DNA of 53,622 bases, taken from NCBI GenBank assembly GCA_020059395.1, contig JAGVCC010000110.1, forward strand, positions 1 through 53,622. The letters are read 5' to 3'. The position numbers and the translations under genes were made by a program. Each line of letters opens with the position of its first letter. Position 1 is the first letter of the stretch. Shown here one piece after another: positions 49,210 through 53,622 of this stretch. Below the pieces are notes generated by a model that was not told the origin of the DNA, did not search any database, and worked only from the letters and a program-made list of their open reading frames with translations. This DNA is from Chitinophagales bacterium (GTDB lineage Bacteria > Bacteroidota > Bacteroidia > Chitinophagales > Chitinophagaceae).

Positions 49210-50688
49210 TTAGATTTCTCTAAAATAAAATTTCTCAATTTTTAGTTTGCCTTTCCCCTTCCAATAGATACCTGGCTTAAGTGATGAAAACCTTCCCAGG
49301 TTATTGTGCTGATAAGTTTGAAGGTTCATTGAGTTTGGGTAATTAATCCATTTCACACCATCCACACTGTAACTCATTGTCAAATCATAATCTTTCACTC
49401 TTATTTTTAAAAAACGGATATCAGCCGCAGTAAAAGCGGGGCTGCCGTATTTCAAACTGCTACCCACTCTCGATATTTTATTTCCTTTTATGCTGATGCC
49501 TGCATAACCATTATCCCTGTAATAGGCAACAAGTCCGGTTTCTATTGTGTTGTCTGCAGTAAACTCAATTTCGGCTTCATAGTTGGCAGTGTTTGCAGTA
49601 GAATGGATTGCTTTTATACTATCGTTGTTAGATTGCAGTATAAGTGTCCCGTTTTCTATTTGCATATTGGTTAAATCATACATTTCGCTAAACTGCCATT
49701 GCTCATGCAGTTTGCTGCTGTTAAAATTATCCGATGCTGTTTTTAAATTATGAACAAAAATACTGCTGCTTTCAATTTTTGGATTTCGTTTCAATTTGTA
49801 CCATCCGTCTTTTGTGTATTCTATTTCTTCCATCAGTACCTGCCGGCCATGCGGTAAATTATTTTTTTCATAGGCATGATAGATAACGGCCCATCCATTA
49901 TCCGGTTTTTGAACAATAGTGCCATGCCCTTTGCTCCACCATTTTTCTGTAGATGAATAAGTATGTACTATCGGATTATAAGGTGAATTTTCCCATGGAC
50001 CTACTGGTGATTTACTTCTTGCCTGCACTACCATATGACTGGTACTCGGCCCGGCCGTACCGCCCTGTGCAGTGGTTAAATAATACCAGCCATTGTAAAA
50101 ATGTAGCTTCGGACTTTCAGCACACATACATTCCACTGTCCAGTCTTTAGGGTATTGCCAACCATCATATACTTTTTTGGGTTCTTCTTTTAAGGATAAA
50201 CCATCAGCATTTAACTCTGCCATCTTACCATCATTAAAATATAAATACCGCTTACCATCTTGCCCCGCAATATGTCCGGGGTCAATGCCCTTTACTTTTA
50301 AATCAATGGGTTCACTCCAGGGGCCGGCAGGATTTTTTGCAGTTACCACCCAATTAGTACCGGGGTAAGCAGGGAAGTAGATATAATAGGTATCGCCATG
50401 CTTTACAAAATCTGGCGCCCAAACTTCACCCACATATTTATTTAAAGCATACCCAATTGGCTTCCAGTTTTTCAAATCCGTACTCTGCCAAACCCTGAGC
50501 CCCGGAAAATAATTAAGGCTGGTGTTTGTCATATAGTACTTATCACCATCTTTTAAAATAGATGGGTCAGCATAATCACCCGATAATAAAACAGTAGTTG
50601 ATTGTGGAGCGGCTTTAGCTGTTTTTGATTGGCTAAAGGCTGAAATATGGCAAATAGCTAATAAGCTTAATAGGGAGAAAAGCTTCAT
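49210..50688 (-). CDS. GH43 glycosidase (xylosidase/arabinofuranosidase-like) with C-terminal beta-sandwich
   Basis: Start ATG at 50688 gives a signal peptide; GDYADPS, WAPD, IDPG, AESPK, GHGT. Confidence 0.92.
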   Translation of the reverse strand: MKLFSLLSLLAICHISAFSQSKTAKAAPQSTTVLLSGDYADPSILKDGDKYYMTNTSLNYFPGLRVWQSTDLKNWKPIGYALNKYVGEVWAPDFVKHGDTYYIYFPAYPGTNWVVTAKNPAGPWSEPIDLKVKGIDPGHIAGQDGKRYLYFNDGKMAELNADGLSLKEEPKKVYDGWQYPKDWTVECMCAESPKLHFYNGWYYLTTAQGGTAGPSTSHMVVQARSKSPVGPWENSPYNPIVHTYSSTEKWWSKGHGTIVQKPDNGWAVIYHAYEKNNLPHGRQVLMEEIEYTKDGWYKLKRNPKIESSSIFVHNLKTASDNFNSSKLHEQWQFSEMYDLTNMQIENGTLILQSNNDSIKAIHSTANTANYEAEIEFTADNTIETGLVAYYRDNGYAGISIKGNKISRVGSSLKYGSPAFTAADIRFLKIRVKDYDLTMSYSVDGVKWINYPNSMNLQTYQHNNLGRFSSLKPGIYWKGKGKLKIEKFYFREI

Positions 50689-50831
50689 TGTATAAATTTT
50701 TATAAATCTACAGGGATTCTGTAAGGCATACAAGCCTGTTGCAGCATTATGTACAATCAAGCAAAACAAATGAATAAAAAGTGGGGTTTTAGCACCAATA
50801 TAGCAGGTAAATTGTAGCCTTAACGTTTTGC

Positions 50832-51701
50832 ATGTCCAAACTTATTTTATCTGCAAGCATTCTTGTTTTTTTGGTGAGTTGCCTGTCTTCTAATAGGGTA
50901 AGTAAACAGGAAAACAACAAGTTGGAACTATTTAATGGCAAAGATTTTACCGGCTGGGTAAAACATATCGGCATGCCTCATAAGTCGCTGCAACTATCAT
51001 TACCTAAAGACAGCATGGGCATTTACAAAAAGGCAATTGGCAATGATGATTTTTTACAGGTCTTTTCCGTAGTAAGGGAAGATGGTGAGCCTGCTATTTA
51101 TGTGAACGGTAAGGTGTTTGGCACCATTACCAGTGAGGCTGCGTATGAAAATTACCATATTACGCTTCAATATAAATGGGGCGAAAAAAAGCATGCCCCC
51201 CGTTTGCAATTGCCCAGAGATGCAGGGCTGCTATACCATGCAGGTGATAAACCCATGCAAAATGGTGTTTGGCCTTTGGCACAGGAATGCCAGATACAAC
51301 AAGGCGACTGTGGCGATTACTGGAAAATTGATAAAGCGATGGCCCATATCCCTGCTGTATTTAAAGATTCAAACTGGATTTACTCAGCCAATGCAGATTA
51401 TGTTTGGTTTGGTGAGGAAGTGAAACGTCCCCACTGTATGAAGAATCCGGATAATGAAAAACCGCAAGGTGAGTGGAATACCGTTGAAGTGTACACATCC
51501 GGCGATAGTAGTGTGCATGTAATTAATGGTAAAGTGGTAATACACTTAAAAAATTTATCGTTTTCAGACAATGGTACTAAGAAACCAATGACAAAAGGAA
51601 AGATTGTTTTGCAAAGCGAAGGGGCAGAATTGTATTACAGAAGAATTATACTGGAGCCGATAAAACAATTACCGGAATCATTGCAAAGACTTTATAAGTA
51701 A
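50832..51701 (+). CDS. DUF1080 (3-keto-disaccharide hydrolase-like) lipoprotein
   Basis: LFNGKDFTGW, YENY...YKWG, RDAGLLYH, ECQIQ, GEWN, LQSEGAE; lipobox LVSC. Confidence 0.9.
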   Translation: MSKLILSASILVFLVSCLSSNRVSKQENNKLELFNGKDFTGWVKHIGMPHKSLQLSLPKDSMGIYKKAIGNDDFLQVFSVVREDGEPAIYVNGKVFGTITSEAAYENYHITLQYKWGEKKHAPRLQLPRDAGLLYHAGDKPMQNGVWPLAQECQIQQGDCGDYWKIDKAMAHIPAVFKDSNWIYSANADYVWFGEEVKRPHCMKNPDNEKPQGEWNTVEVYTSGDSSVHVINGKVVIHLKNLSFSDNGTKKPMTKGKIVLQSEGAELYYRRIILEPIKQLPESLQRLYK

Positions 51702-51827
51702 TCATGCCTTCCTCTTAAAAAATGAATTTAGCAATTATGATATTGCAAATACATATTGAATCAATGGAATATGCTAAAATTATTGATTAGTCTCATTCTA
51801 CAATTTATAATAGCAGATTGTTAGTAA

Positions 51828-53345
51828 ATGAAATCATTTTATCTTTTTATAACAAGTTTCGTAATGGCGTTTCAGTTGATGGCTCAATCAACTGAAAAAA
51901 GCAACAGCTATTATCTCAACCCCATCATACCCGGTAATTATGGCGACCCTTCCATTGTTCGTGTAAAAAATGATTTTTACATGGCACACAGCCGTAACGA
52001 TGGATTCATCATTTGGCATTCAACAAATCTTGTAAACTGGAAACCAGTAAATAGAGTTTTTCTCGAGGGTTACAGTCGGGTATGGGCGGTGGATTTGCAA
52101 TATTTCAACGGAAAGTTTCATTTGTATTTACCCATTCAAAATTATCCCGGAAGAATAGAAGGTGTAAAAGGCTTTGGCAATTTTGTGGTAACAGCAACCG
52201 ATGCTGCAGGTAAATGGAGTGAGCCTGTAAAAATTGAAATTCCTGTTCCCAAAAATATTGGTCATTGGGGTGCAATAGACCCCGGCTTTATTCACAGTAA
52301 GGACGGAAAAAATTATTTATACCTCAGTGCAGGTTGGGTAATTGAGTTAGATGCAACAGCAACAAAAGCAATTGGTGATGCAAAAAAAGTGTATGATGGC
52401 TGGCAGTCTCCGCAAGATTGGAATGTACAATGTAAATGTTTAGAAAGCCCGAAGTTGTTTTATAAAGACGGTTACTATTACATGGTTTCTGCACAAGGCG
52501 GCACCAATGGTCCCTCTACTGCACACATGAATGTGGTGGCAAGAAGCAGAACGGCTATCGGCCCATGGGAAAATTCACCTTACAATCCTATTACACATAC
52601 TTACAGTGAAGAAGAAACCTGGTGGCACCAGGGGCATGGAACCATGTTTGATGCACCTGACAGTAGTTGGTGGATAGTGTATCATGGACGATTGAAAAAC
52701 TATACTGGCCTTGGCCGTTCAACATTGCTGATGCCAATAGAATGGACAAAAGACGGATGGCCGGTTGTAAAAAACGGTATTCCTTCATCTGCATTTATAC
52801 CCAAACCAAACTTTGGTGAAAATACAGGCAATGGTATGGAGATAAAAGATGATTTTACTGCTACCAGTTTGCATCCTTTTTGGAATTATGACTATTCAAA
52901 AAGAAACCTCATTAAAAGCGGCAATGGAAGTTTGCAATTAACTGCAAGCGGAACAAGCCATAAAGATGGAACACAAATTACCATTGGTGCCATTCACAAA
53001 AGCTTTGAAGTAACGATTGAAATACAAATGCCTTCAACCGGCGCAAAAGCCGGTATTGCTTTAGAGAATGATGGCGTAGTGTATGATGGTGCAATGGCAA
53101 CATTTACGGAAGGGCCGGATTGGCGTATGAATGAGGCCGAAAGATATCCTGCAACCAAAGGCCATGTGTTTTTTAAAATAAAAAATTTCAGGAAAGACAT
53201 CTCCCTGTTGTACAGTGATGATGGATTCAATTGGATTTCGTTCGGCAAAGGGTTAAGAGTAGAAGACAGTTATAAAATAAAACTATTTGGAGCAGGAAAC
53301 GGAACTGTTGAATTTAAAAACTTTCATTATACAGCGATAGAATAA
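51828..53345 (+). CDS. GH43 glycosidase, paralogue of 49210-50688
   Basis: GNYGDPS, VWAVD, IDPG, LESPK, GPWENSPYNP, GHGT; signal peptide. Confidence 0.92.
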   Translation: MKSFYLFITSFVMAFQLMAQSTEKSNSYYLNPIIPGNYGDPSIVRVKNDFYMAHSRNDGFIIWHSTNLVNWKPVNRVFLEGYSRVWAVDLQYFNGKFHLYLPIQNYPGRIEGVKGFGNFVVTATDAAGKWSEPVKIEIPVPKNIGHWGAIDPGFIHSKDGKNYLYLSAGWVIELDATATKAIGDAKKVYDGWQSPQDWNVQCKCLESPKLFYKDGYYYMVSAQGGTNGPSTAHMNVVARSRTAIGPWENSPYNPITHTYSEEETWWHQGHGTMFDAPDSSWWIVYHGRLKNYTGLGRSTLLMPIEWTKDGWPVVKNGIPSSAFIPKPNFGENTGNGMEIKDDFTATSLHPFWNYDYSKRNLIKSGNGSLQLTASGTSHKDGTQITIGAIHKSFEVTIEIQMPSTGAKAGIALENDGVVYDGAMATFTEGPDWRMNEAERYPATKGHVFFKIKNFRKDISLLYSDDGFNWISFGKGLRVEDSYKIKLFGAGNGTVEFKNFHYTAIE

Positions 53346-53355
53346 TCAGCGTTAA

Positions 53356-53622
53356 ATGAAGAAATTGAAAATATATTATGTGTTGCTGTTGATGTTGCCA
53401 ACGGCATGTATATCGCAGCAAAAATCGTTTAGTTATACCAACCCAATTTCAAATGGTATAGATACTAATGGTATCAGGGATTGTCAGGTATTTAAAGATG
53501 GTGATTGGTGGTACATGACAGGTACTTCGTATCCCCATTGGGAAAGAGAAGAAACAAATGGAAATCTGAATAAAGGTATTGTATTGTATCGTTCAAAAAA
53601 TATTACAGAGTGGGAGTTTATA
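53356..53622 (+). CDS. GH43-like five-bladed propeller hydrolase, 3'-truncated by window edge
   Basis: Open to window end: signal, YTNPI, GIRDCQVFKDGDWWYMTGT, LYRSKNITEW. Confidence 0.78.
   Translation, partial: MKKLKIYYVLLLMLPTACISQQKSFSYTNPISNGIDTNGIRDCQVFKDGDWWYMTGTSYPHWEREETNGNLNKGIVLYRSKNITEWEFI

Overview
AT-rich Bacteroidota DNA (SusC/SusD, hybrid two-component system, T9SS C-terminal domain; Chitinophagaceae-like is an inference). 1-34.8 kb is a sulfatase-rich polysaccharide utilisation locus (PUL): six S1 sulfatases, a ThuA-domain protein, a secreted Sip1/GH36 alpha-galactosidase, SusC/SusD, a GH2 beta-galactosidase, three clan GH-A-like hydrolases of unclear family and an HTCS regulator. 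Its right side is decaying, and most of the decay is invisible in the ORF track: a GH5_13-like remnant, galK with one nonsense codon, intact galT, broken galE, and a Na+/sugar symporter 5' remnant joined to a galM 3' remnant. A diverged ~490-bp copy of the Sip1 3' end brackets the susC-to-HTCS block at a constant 29,244-bp offset. A 21-bp-period TTGA(T/G)A..TTT tandem repeat lies upstream of both susC and galK (candidate HTCS operator). 35-49 kb is a sensor kinase / M57 / S8-T9SS / FKBP / response regulator block, followed by an AraC gene, an unannotated 43-aa membrane ORF, a beta-helix lipoprotein, a TGA-interrupted TlpA and an astacin protease. 49-53.6 kb is a GH43/DUF1080 cluster running off the end. 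No rRNA, tRNA, CRISPR array or transposase was recognised. All family calls come from motif recognition by eye, not database searches.
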